Source: Azolla caroliniana (taxonomy: Eukaryota; Plantae; Polypodiophyta). Taken from it: a stretch of DNA of 64,000 nt. The stretch lies in contig JBHGNT010000014.1 of assembly GCA_043228905.1 (NCBI GenBank), positions 11,904,001 to 11,968,000 on the forward strand. The letters run 5' to 3'. Positions 50,613 through 62,158 of the stretch are shown piece after piece. Each line of letters starts with the position of its first letter. Position 1 is the first letter of the stretch. The translations under genes were made by a program, and so were the position numbers. The notes beneath the pieces are model-generated. The model ran no database searches, had not been told where the DNA came from, and saw nothing but the letters and a program-made list of their open reading frames with translations.

Positions 50613-50808
50613 TCTCTCTCTCCCTCTCTCTCTCCCTCTCTCTCTCGTGTTCGGTAGCCTCCGGTATGCGTCCGGAATCGCTTTGGTTTGCGCCATAACC
50701 GGTGCAACCGGGGCCGGAGAGAGTCGGCTTCCCGGCATCCATCCCTTCCTTGTCCGAGACCCCCATGGTCCCGCCCCTTTCGGCACGTACGCACGTATTA
50801 CCGCGACA
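46861..50808 (+). mobile_element. Second non-autonomous tRNA-Trp Gypsy element
   Basis: Truncated 5' LTR ends at 47300. PBS TGGTGAACCCGATGTGA at 47305-47321; gag remnant at 47318-47720; PPT at 49861-49872; 3' LTR at 49873-50808 with (CTT)n and (CT)n tracts. Confidence 0.88.
47725..48339 (+). mobile_element. Truncated AT-rich LTR of the 10266-11053 family
   Basis: Reverse-complement homology to 10266-10700, repeated GTGGGATTCAC motifs, and an end of GGCACGACA followed by ACGG. Confidence 0.8.
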
Positions 50809-53159
50809 CTGTTTTGTTCCGGTGTGTATCGGAAGATGAATTCCCTCTTAATTCCTTTCTACTATAGATAAATGTTGAATTGGCTGGAGAAATATTCTTT
50901 TTCCCCATCCCACTGCATGCACTTGATCGTCCTCTCCGTTTCCCATTCTACAAGACTTTGCAGGTTCTAGAAACAGTCGAAAACTTCACTTTTCCTTTCG
51001 ATTAGATAGATCCATGGGTGTTGACTGTAGTCGTCGATGAAGGAGACAAAATATCGGTTCCCACCAAGATCGATCTTGTTACGGCTCCGATTTCTTTTGG
51101 TGGGGAATGGAAGCCGGTGTTGCTTCCCGAGCTGGTAGGCTTCAAAAATTTGGGCCTTCCAGCCACTAAATTTTGGCAATCCGAAAACAACCTGTTTTGA
51201 TTGCAGGTCTTGAAGCCTTTGATAGTTGACGTGACCGATCTGCTTGTGCCACAGGTCGATATCCAATTCGACCTTCTGTCCTTTTGCGAACATCGCGGTG
51301 CCGACCTCATTGGTGTCGAGGATAAACATCCTCCCATCCCGGCGCCCTTGCGCGATGACTTGGCCCTCTTCCTCAATGAAGCACCCGAGATGTGTGAACC
51401 GAATCTACATCCCCTGGTCGACGATCTGACCGATCGACACCAATTTTGTTGTAATTGTCGAGACATGAAGCACGTTCATAAGCTTCCCCTTTTGTTCAAC
51501 ATAACTCAGGGGAACTTCTCCGACATGCACGATGGGGTGAGGAGTGTCGTCTTCGGTCTCGACTACTCCCGGTTGCTCCGGCTTCTCTAGATACAAGAAC
51601 CACTCTTCATGACTCATCATGTAGTTAGATGCTCTGGAATCAATGTACCACACTTCCTCCGATCCGGAAGTGGTCTTCTTCATTAAGTTCGCCTTGTGTT
51701 TCAACACAAAGCCTAGCCCTTTTCCAATCTTACTAGTTTTGGATCCTTCCGATCCTTCTGCGTAGTGCGAGCTATGTCAGTTCCATTGTCCGGCCTTACT
51801 AGATCCGGATTTATCCGAATCGGCGCACTTTTTCCAACACTCGCTCTCATGGTGGCCTTTCTTGCCACAATACCAACATTCCATTGCGGTCTTTTCTTGC
51901 CAGTTTTTGGCGCCGCTTTGACTCCCCCTGCTTCCGGAGGATTAAAAACTGTTATCGACACCATCTCTATGCCTTCAGTTCTGCTCTTGTCGGCCGCCTG
52001 CATCGTGTGCCGATCGGTCTCGTTCGCCACGATTGCGGGATCTATCTTCCTCCATGTACAACATCCTGTTGTCGGTGTGCGTGCTCGTTGATGCACCCAC
52101 ATGGTTCTCCTCTACTAGGAGCATCAACTATAAGTCGAAAAACGAGGGTGTATTCTCCCTTTCACAGACCACCATCCAGAATGCTCCGAACTTTGACTCC
52201 AGGCCCCGGAGACAAACCTACACCATCTCATCTTCCTCGACGGTCACATTGATATAGGCAAGTGAGTCATAGATGTCTTCGATCTGGGTTGTATAGTCGG
52301 CCACAAACATGTCCTTCTATGGGACATTGCTCAACTCCTGTCGGAGTTGCAACTTCCATGCCGTGGTGTTTGCTGCAAAGAGCTTCTTCAAGTTTCCCCA
52401 AGCCTCCTTCGGTGTCTTGACGTCCCGAATATGCCTCAGCACCTGATCGCCGACACTAGACGCAAAGCAGTACATAAATCTGCTTGTTGCTTTCTCCCAA
52501 GTCGGGAAGTCCCTGTGTGCTGCATTAGGTGCAGATCGTTAGCTCCGTCGACATAACTCCAATAACCATGCCCGAGCAGGTACTAATGCATCTTGTACGA
52601 CCAAGATGCATAGTTGGATCTGTCGGGCTTCTCCGTCGAGAGCGAGCTAGCCATTCCTCAGTCCATATCCTTCTTCTGCCTTTTCTTTACCAAGTGTTAG
52701 GGTTTGTCTCCAGAAATCGCTCGTCAGATGTAGAGGTTCTCAACCCTCGTGCTCTGATACCATGTAAAAGTTAGTATGCAGAAGCTTTGAGAAAACCGGT
52801 TACACCAGATAACAGAGAATAAACACAAGTTTAATAGAAGCTTAGAATACACGGGAGAGACAGAAAGAGCAAAACAAAGAAATCAATTCGAATAATAACA
52901 CTTTGTACATACAAAGGGCTTAGTCAACACTTTTATACAAGTACTTCAATGCTCATATGAGTGACTGACACTAACTCCCAAAAATATGCCTACGTACTTG
53001 GCTAGATTCGTAAGCCTCTCTCTAACAGCCTACCGGTTATAATCTGATCCAGTTCCTGGTTCTGGATACCATCTAGACGTCGATCTGGTTCTTCGTTCCG
53101 GACTCCAGTCTAGCTCTGGCTTGTTCAGCTGATCTAGATCGAGTTGAGCTTCTCTGATG

Positions 53160-55065
53160 AATAGAAGCAAGCTCAACATAGGCCAGATCAGCTGAATAAG
53201 CCGAGAGCCGGATTGGATGAAGACTTTTCAGCTAGGCCCGGATCGGATCAGTGAGCCAGATTAGAGAGTCGGATCGGAGAACCGGATCCACGAGAGCCGG
53301 TAGGCCGTTAGAGGCCAACGATCCTAGCCTAGTAGATAGGCATATTTTTAGGAGTTAGTGTCTATCGCTTAGTTATGAGCATTGAAGTACATGTTATTAC
53401 TTTTGTCAATCCTTTAAGTACTTGTCTAAAAGTGCTCTCAGAGCACATTGTATGTACAGAGTATTATTTTGAATTTGAGTTTTGTTGTCTTCTTCTCTTT
53501 CTATCTCTCCCGCATACTATGTGTGTTCTCTCTCCATTGTTCTCTTTGTTTTCTGTTGGTATCCAGCTGTAACTGGTTGTGTCCTTTAGCTTCCGCACGC
53601 TATTCTTTTCATGGTATTAGAGCACAAGGGTTGAGAATCCTCTGTTGTCGGCAAATGTTAAAACACAGACAAACCCTAACACCCAGTAAAGAACAGAAAA
53701 AAGAAGGAAAATGGACAGAAGCATGGCAAGCTTGCTTCCAATGGAAAAACTTGACAAGAGCCACCACACATCTTGGTCTTACAAGATATGCCAGTACCTG
53801 CTAGGGCACAACTACTAGAATTATGTGGAAGGAGTGAACGACGTGGCATCAGAATCGGGACACAAGGATTTTCCAGTTTGGGTACAAGGAGCAAGCAGAG
53901 TTTTGTAGTGCCTTGCATCCTGTGTGCACGACCAAATGTTGTGCTACATTTGAGATGCAAAACCGCCGAAGGAGGCCCGGGAAAATTTGAAAAGTTTAGG
54001 GTTTTAAGGCCCAAAGTTGCAGCTCTAGCAAGAGCTCAACAATATCCTATAGAAGGATATCTTGGTGACCGACTACACCACAAAGATCAAAGAGATCTAC
54101 GACACATTAGGGTCCATCAACGTGACAGTGGACGAGGATGAAATGGTGCAGATCCCCATGGTGACGACCGACAAGAGCAGGAAAGAAGGCACAAAGGTGG
54201 TGCCGACAACACCTCCGAACCCTCCACAAGTAGGGGGAGTCAAGGCGGTGCCGAAAACCGGCAAGCAAAGGCCAAAACGGAATGCTCCTACTATGGCCAG
54301 AAGGGTCCACACATAGCAAGTGCTAGAAGAAGCACCCCAATTTGGACAAATCCGGATCCGGTAGAGCCGAAAATGGAAATCGGCAGCATTCGCACTACAC
54401 CGAAGGGTCGAAAGGATCCAAAACAAGAAAGGGCCCAACCTTTGTGATGAAGCACAAGGCAAACTCGATGAAGAAGAGCACCTGGAAACTGAACAAGGTG
54501 TGGTATGTCAACTCTAGAGCATCAAACCATATGACAAGCCACTAGGAGTGGTTCTCATACTTAGAGAAACCGAAGCAACCGGGAGTCGTCGAAACCGGAG
54601 ACGACTCCTCGCATCCGATCGAACACGTCGGTGATGTTCCCTTAAGTCATGTCAGACAGAAGGGGAGACTTATGAACGTACTGCATGTTCTGACGATAAG
54701 AAAGAACTTGGTGTCGGTTGGCCAGATCGTCTACCAAGGGATGCAAGTTCGGTTCAGCTATCTTGGGTGCTTCATCGAATGAGAGGGTAAGATCATCACG
54801 CAAATGTGCCGGGAAGGGAGGATGGTCATCCTTGACGCAAACGACGTTAGCACCGCATTGTCCAGTAAGGGACAAAAAGTCGAATCAGACATCGACTTGT
54901 GGCACAAGCGGATTGGCCACGTCAACTATCAAAGACTTCAAGTACTGCAAACGAAACAAGTAGTGTTCAGATTGCTGAAATTTAGTGGTCAAAAGGCCCA
55001 AATTTGTGAAGCTTGCTAGCTAGGGAAGCAACACCCACTTCCATTCCCCAAAGGGCGAAATCGGA
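53160..55065 (+). mobile_element. Degenerate Copia E (B/C family): 5' LTR, PBS and gag-PR-INT start
   Basis: LTR ends at 53611; PBS TGGTATTAGAGC at 53612-53623; VWYVNSRASNHM and LWHKRIGH...CEAC. Confidence 0.85.
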
Positions 55066-55351
55066 ACTTGAACATTTATGGGAAAGATCACTTTATTGCA
55101 TGAACATGTATATGGAGCAAGGCTCATTTAATAGGTGTGATATGAAGCAATGGAAGACTTCTCAAATATTCAATTGTCTAAATTTTAATTTGTATGTCTA
55201 AATGATTACACATTAACTTTGATTTTTTAGGTTTCATGGGTGCCCTCTCATAGTCTTATAATCATACACTACTAGAGAGGATATGTACGCTTAAAGACTT
55301 TATTTGTAAATAATGATATTTGTGTTTTCTTAGATGTCGTTGGATTGAAAG

Positions 55352-55631
55352 TGTTGGGAATATGTCCCTCCCGTGGGAGGAGCCGACTATCGGAAAGTAG
55401 CCTACAATCGAAGACAAGGAAGAGCCGACTAATCGGGCCGAGGAGAGCTGAAAGTCAAAGAGTTAACAAATAGGGAGTCGATTGATTAACTATTTGACTA
55501 TTATTATTATAACTATAATAAAAGTGGCGATGTGTAGTAGGGGCTATACTTGTAAATAGCCCATATGATGTATTAGTATAAATACGCCTAGGGAAAATGT
55601 ATATTTGTGTTGAGGAGAGTGGGTACAACGT
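55352..55631 (+). mobile_element. Probable 5' part of another LTR, interrupted by the Gypsy element at 55632
   Basis: TGTTGGGAAT start, short GAGCCGACTA repeats and TATAAATA near 55577. Its other half was not found. Confidence 0.4.
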
Positions 55632-58600
55632 TGTCGCGTTGTTACGCGCGTACGTGTAGAAAGGGGCGGGACCACGGGGGTCTTGGACCGAGGAGCGAGA
55701 GAGAGACAGAGACAGAGAGAGAGATTCACCGACACGTAGAAGCGAGCAAGGGAGATATAGAACGTAACACTTAATTATAATGACAAGATATTACAAACTC
55801 CGACAGTTACAACCGACAAAGCGGCGACGGACCCGACACGGGGACCCTACTCACGCACACCGACGACAGTCCCACGACTCAAAGAAACAAAAAGGGAAAG
55901 GGAGCGACTCTGCTGCAAGCACACGGGCTGTCCATGAAGTAGAGGCCGCGACCTCCTGACACCCGCAGAGAGCGACGATTCGCGTCCAAGAGAGAGAGCT
56001 CCTCCTTCCGTTCTGCAGCAACGCTTTCCTCTTCCCAACGCGCGATATTTCGTTCTCTCTTCCCCTCTTCCCTTTATTCCCTGTCCCCCTCTGGGATACG
56101 CACAATCCCCCTCTAATAAATGCGTGTGGCTTAGTAGTCGCATCCACCGGTTTGTGTACAAAGTATCCAGTCACGCGTCCATCCGTGTAGGGGCCGGTTT
56201 ACGCGCTTTCTCTCCGATTCCGCCTATGGCCGGTTTTCTTCACAACATCCACCCCCACCAAACCGCGCATCCACCGGTATGCGCCAGAGACGGGTAGATA
56301 TCGAAGAAACCCGGCCTCACTCGTTGCTCTTTGGTTCTCCGCCGGACCCGAACTGATCGTCGTTGACGCTCCCACTCGCAGGCTCCGGCTCGTCTTCGAA
56401 CCGCTTTTTGAAAGCTTTGATCCGCTTTCCGGCCACCGGCACCGCTAACCGTGTCCCGTCGAGCTCTGCGAGGTGGTACGTGTCATTGCCGTTCACGCTC
56501 GTGACCATGTAGAGCCCGAACCATCTCCTAGCAAACTTCTGCACCGCCTTGTGCTGATTGTCGAGGCTGCTGTCGTATACCAAGACCCAGTCGCCTTCCT
56601 CGATCTTCTTTGGTCGCAACTGGTTGAACCGGGTCTTGTTCCGCTCCCTCGCCGCTCGCAGCTTTTCCTTCGCCTGTATCACGTCCTCCGGCCTCCGCTC
56701 GAGTTGGGGTTTAGGGTTTAGGGTTTATTTCGTCCTTCCAATCTACCGCCGCCCACGAAGAAACCGTCTGTTCCACCGGCATGATCGGCTTTTGTCCGTA
56801 CATTGCATAGTCCAGTCCGCCCATCCATAGCGCGTAAGGAAGGAGTCGCGGCCAATTCCTGACCTGCCCACCGCATGCACGCACCAACGCCTTTACAATC
56901 GGTCCGTGCCCACGTTCCACCTTTCCGTTCGTCTCCGGATTGTACGCCGTGGTGAGGGAGAGTTTGATGCCTAGCCGGTCGAACAGCTCCTCGGCCTCCC
57001 GCGCATCCAGCTCTCCCCGGTCCGCCACGATCCTCCCGACGCACCCGTACCGACACACTACTTCTTCGATCAGGAACCGGCATACCGCCGCGGATATCTT
57101 GCTTTGTAGTGCACGGCCTTCCACCTGGTTCGTTAAGTCTTCCCGTGTAAGCACCAAGTATCGCATCTGTCCTACCCCCATCGGCATCGTCACCAAGTCC
57201 ACCATCCACTTGAAATGGACCGTAGGCAGGTAGGTCGGGTGTAGCTCGTCCCAGTGTCGGACTACGGAGTGCACCTGACAGCTTTCGCAAGTCGTTACGA
57301 ACCGATGCACGTCCTGGTATAGCCCCGGCCACCAGTACTTCTCCTTCAGCTTCTCGAACGTGGCCCACGTTCCGCGGTGTCTGACCCATGGGCTCTCGTG
57401 GAATGCCGCCAATAGTTTCCCCTGCTCTTCTTTCTTTGCCACTACTCGGAGTGGGATGCCGCTTCTCTTCTTTGGGTGTTTCCATATGCACCCGTCCCAC
57501 AGGAAGAATCGGTACGCCTTCCTCCGTATCCGGCTCGCCTCCTCTCTCGCCCATGCTGCGTCTGGCTTCATCGTCCGTAGGAACCTCCCGATTTGGAGCC
57601 ACTCCCCGTCGTACCTACTTTCGTCAAATTCATTAAGCGCCGGAGTGTTCCCTTTCCTTCTTGTCGTTACGTTAGCCGACCCGAAGAAGTCCTAGCCGAC
57701 CCGAAGAAGTCCTAGCCGACTTCTTCGTCTTCTGAAACCATGCCGTCTTCGTCGTTGAACCTTGCCCTCGAAAGCATGTCGGCCATGGCGTTGTCCTTTC
57801 CGGAGATGTGTCGTATCTCCAGGTTCAGGGACTTAATGTACGTTATCCACCGGAGCATTGCTAGGTCCGGCGTCGCGCATCCGGAAACCATGCCGAGTAT
57901 CGGCAGGCAGTCCGTCTCGATAATCACCTCCGTCCCAATCAGATAATCCTTGTCGGCCTTGACCGCCGAAACGACACCCCAAAGTTCGCACTTAACTTGG
58001 GCGTGCCCTCGCTGCCGCTCGCTCAATACCTTCGCCCCGAACCGGATCGGGAATCGTACGCCACCCTTGTCCTCCTGACTGATTACCCACCCGATCCCAG
58101 TCGGGCCGGTGTCCACCGTTACGCAGATGGTAACATCCTTGCTGTAAACCACTTTACGGAGAGCCGGCGCTGCCGTAAGCGCCTCCTTTAGTCTCCGAAC
58201 CGACTCTGTGTGCTCCGTCCTCCACTCAAAGCTACGCCCCTTTTTCAATAGTCCGTAGAGGGGTTCCGCAACATGTGCGTAGTGCGGGATCCAGATGTGG
58301 TCGAACGGGCATGCCCCCAAGAATCTGCGGACCTCCGTGACCGACCCGCAAACGTTCCTCATCGCGAAGATGGCCTCTACCTCTGCCGGAGACGTTTTTC
58401 TACCGTAAGGCCTGCACAAGTGTCCAACCACCAAGATCTCCGACTGTCCGAAGGCCGACTTTTCCCCGGAGAAGGTGAGCCTCGCGCGCTCTACTCTCTG
58501 CAGCACCTTCTGGCAGTCATCGATGTGGGACGCCACGAAATTCCGACATCCGTCCGGCCCGATTGCCTCGTCCTTTTTTTCTACCGGGCAACCCTTGATC

Positions 58601-59572
58601 GGGACATCGTCTAAGAACGGCATGGTGATGTCCGGGATACAATCCCTGAGCACTTTGTTCATCGCATTCACCATGTGAGCCACTGAGTTCGTCCCTCCTT
58701 GTGGCAAGGTACACATCCGCACTAGGCCGAGAGGAGTCCGCATCGTCGTAATGTCTCTGCTCTCCACCGCTAGTTGGAACTGATCGTACCTCAAGTACAG
58801 ATCACCGACAGAATAGATCGACCTTCCAGCGAAGGCCTCCGTGAACTTGTCTATGGTCAGTCTGATCCCTACATTACGAATGGTCACCATGTTGACCGGT
58901 TGTAGGTCCTGGATGAAGCGCAACGTGCCGTTCTTCTTCGGCACCGTAAACCACCGATTCGAATACGGGGCACTCGACGGTTCGAGGATGCCCATCTCCA
59001 CCTTCTGCTTTAGGAGCTCCATCAACTTCGGGATGTGAGCTCTTGGCACCAGGATCGGCTTGAGATTCCACGGTACATGCGGTACCGTGAAGATCACCAT
59101 CGGTTCGACAACTGTCGGGTCTACGCACCCGATCTCCTCTGGTGAGAATGCAAAAGCCTTCCCGTGCCTCCCGAGCATTCTCCGAAACCGGTCCTCCTCC
59201 GCCGGCAGTAGGAAGGCGCCCCCACCGACCTTGAGCTCCGGTAGCGTTATGTCGGTGAACCGGTGTCCTATGCCAGCCGGATTTCGTAAACTTGGGTCTG
59301 ACGCGACCCCTTTTATCCGCTCCTTGCTGCCCTCCGGCAAGGGTGCCGCGACTGGCCTCACCTTCCGGTTCACAGTCTTGTATCTCGTATCCACGCGGGC
59401 CATCTGATCCAACCCGATCCTTTCCGCGAAGTCTGCGATGACTTCGTACATTCCCATCGACCCTACCGGAACGCTCCAGTCTTCCCTAAGGTCTTCACCG
59501 ATCACCTTTCGTAGTTCGCCCAAGGTGTCGTCAAAAGGGACCGCCTCCACGGCGCCGCTGATGTCCTCGTCA
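55632..59572 (-). mobile_element. pol-bearing Gypsy element of the TGTCG group (fungal/Ylt1-like RT), 5'-truncated
   Basis: 3' LTR at 55632-56247 with the shared U5 motif; PPT GGTGGGGGTGGA at 56248-56259. RT-RH ORF at 57712-59550; integrase at 56711-57571 with its C-terminus at 56317-56682. Confidence 0.9.
56317..59550 (-). pseudogene. pol: Gypsy pol (RT, RNase H, integrase)
   Basis: YSNRWFTVPKKNG, LPQGGTNS, PFLDDVPIKG, VDTGPTGIG, ETDCLPI, H..H...CESC, VDLV...DRGE...YNPETNGKVERGH. No chromodomain. Confidence 0.93.
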
Positions 59573-62158
59573 CTGGTACATGCACATATGCTATGCTACC
59601 GAATATCCAAAGGTGTCTCAAATTCGTCCTCCGCCCAAAATACAACTCATGTGCTGACACCTCGTCCCCTATCCGGTTTTGGATGTAGACGGTCGTCCGG
59701 ATTGCCTCAGCCCAGTAGAATTTGGGCATGCTCTTCTCCTCCAACATTGCCCTTGCCGCGTCGACAATCGACCGGTTCTTTCTTTCGGCCACACCGTTTT
59801 GTTCTGGTGTATATCGACAGCTGAATTCTCTCCGAATACCTTTTTGCTACAAATAACCGTTGAATTGGCCGGAAGTATTCTTTTAGGCCATCTGACCGCA
59901 GGCACTTTATCTTCCTCTCTGTTTCCCTTTCGACTAAGCTTTGAAGGTTCCAGAAATAGTCGAAGACTTCACTTTTCTTCTCGATGAGGTAGATCCACAT
60001 GTGCCGGTTGTAGTCGTCGATGAAGGAGACGAAATACCGACTCTCGCCAACATTAACGTTCTATGTTGGTCCCCATACATCTGAATGGATTAGATCGAGC
60101 TTTTTACGGCTCCAGTTTCGTTCGGTGGGGAATGGAACCCGGTGTTGCTTCCCAAGTTGGCAGGCTTCACATATTTGGGCCTTCCGGCCACTAAACTTCG
60201 GCAATCCGAACAAAACTTGTTTCAATTGTAGATCTTGAAGCCTCCGGTAGTTGACGTGGCCAATCCGCTTATGCCAGAGATTGATGTCCGATTCAATCTT
60301 CTGTCCTTTGGCAAACATGGCGGTGTTGACGTCATTTGTGTTGAGGATGAACATCCTCCCTTCTCAACGCCCTTGCGCAATTATCCCTAGTCGACGTGCG
60401 TAAACCACACATGCATTCCCTAGTCGACGATTTGTCCGACTGACACCAGGTTCTTTGTGATTGTTGGAACGTGTAGTGCGTTCATCAGCTTTCCCTTTTG
60501 TCCAACATGGCTTAAAGAGACTCCTCCGACATGCACAATCAGTTGAGGGGTGTCGTTTCCGGTTTCGACGATTCCCGGTTGTTCCGGTTTCTCCAAAAAC
60601 AAGAACCACTCTTCGTGGCTCGTTATGTGGTTTGACGCTCCGGAATCAACATACCATACTTCCTCCGATCCGGAAGTGGTCTTCTTCATCGAGTTCGCCT
60701 TGTGCTTCATCACAAAGGCTGGCCCTTTTCCGGTCTTCCCGGTTTCGGATCCTTTTGATCCTTCCGTGTAGTGCGAACTTTGCCAATTGTCTTGTCCAGC
60801 CTTGCCGAATCCAAATTTATCCGAAAAGGCACACTTCTTCCAGAACTCACTATCTCTGTGGCCTTTCTTGCCACAGTACCAACATTCTGTGTCAGTTTCC
60901 GGCTCCGACTTAACTCCCCCTACTTGTGGAGGGTCTGGAACTGTTGTCCACCACCTCCATTGCATGCCGACCCACCTCGTCCTCCACGCCCACGGGGTCG
61001 ATCCACCTCTATGTACAGCATCCGGTTGTCCGATTGAGTGGTCTTCCACCCACTCGCGTGGTTTTCTTCGACCATCAACATGGATTGTAAGTCGAAGAAG
61101 GATGGTGGCTTCTCTTGGGAGAAAATTGCCATCTGGATTGGCCCGTACCATTGTGCTAGACCACCAAGACAGATCTGGACCATCACCTCTTCTTTCACCG
61201 TTACGTTGATGGATCAAAGTGCATCACAGATCTCCTTAATCTTGGTGGTGTAGTTCGTAACCAACATATCTCTCTTCCGGATGTTGTTCAACTCTTGCAG
61301 GAGCTGCAACTTACGGGTTGTGGTACTTGCGGCGAAAATCTTCCGTAGATTTTCCCAGGCCTCCTTTGGCGTTTCTACATCCTTGATGTAGCCAAGCATC
61401 TGATCATGCACGCCGGACACGAGGCAGTACAATACTCGGCTCGCTCCTTGATCCCATGCTGAGAAGTCTTTGTGTGCCGGCTTCGGTGCTACCTCGTTGG
61501 TTCCTTCCACATAGCTCCAATATCCATGCCCCAACAGGTACTGGTGCATTTTATATGACCAGGATGCATAGTTGCTCCGATCGAGCTTTTCTGTGGGACG
61601 CGAACTTGTCATACCTCTGTCCATTTCCGTTCTCTACTGTTCTTCATCGGGTGTTAGGGTTTGTCTTCAAAAGCGTCTATCATCTGCAAAGGAGTCTCAA
61701 CCCTCACACTATGATACCATGTAAAAGTTAGTGTGCGGAAGCTTGACAAAACTGGTTTATCCGGGTAGCAACAAAGAATAAAAACACAGGTTCAATGGAA
61801 GCTTGAGGGTATTTAGCATACACGGGGGAGACAGAGAGAGCAGAACATAAACTCTATTAAAAAAATAGCACTCTGTATCACTCTATACATACAACATGCT
61901 AAACAACACTATTTATACAAGTCCTCAAAACGACTGACAGAAGTACTATGTACTTCAATGCTCATACGAGCGGTTGACACTAACTACGAGGACTCTGACT
62001 ACCTAGTAGTCTAGGAGTATAGGCTACTACTAGCCTTCCAGTTCACATTTGAATCCAGCTCTCCGATCCGGCTCCTTGTTCCAGACACCGATTCGGATAT
62101 CGATCCGCCTTTGGCTTGTTCAGCCGATCCGGATACGGTTGAGCTTGCTCGCTCAACA
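59573..62158 (-). mobile_element. Copia F (B/C family), 5' half: LTR 61720-62158, PBS 61708-61719, gag-PR-INT
   Basis: MDRGMTSSRPTEKLDRSNYASWSYKMHQYLLGHGYW, WYVDSGASNHI, CEACQLGK...IHSDVWGP. Confidence 0.9.

Larger units (their letters stand above)
44668..53153 (-). mobile_element. Degenerate Copia D (B/C family), 3'-truncated
   Basis: 5' LTR at 52763 to about 53153; PBS at 52751-52762; gag-PR-INT at 50809-52666; RT-RH and extension at 44668-46860. Many stops and frameshifts. Confidence 0.88.

Noticed and set aside
50194-50645. Poly-K/poly-S and ER-repeat ORFs
   Set aside because: They are translations of (CTT)n and (CT)n microsatellites within an LTR.
57673-57720. Possible programmed frameshift between RNase H and integrase
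   Set aside because: It is explained by a 20-bp tandem duplication (TAGCCGACCCGAAGAAGTCC), which is an inactivating mutation.
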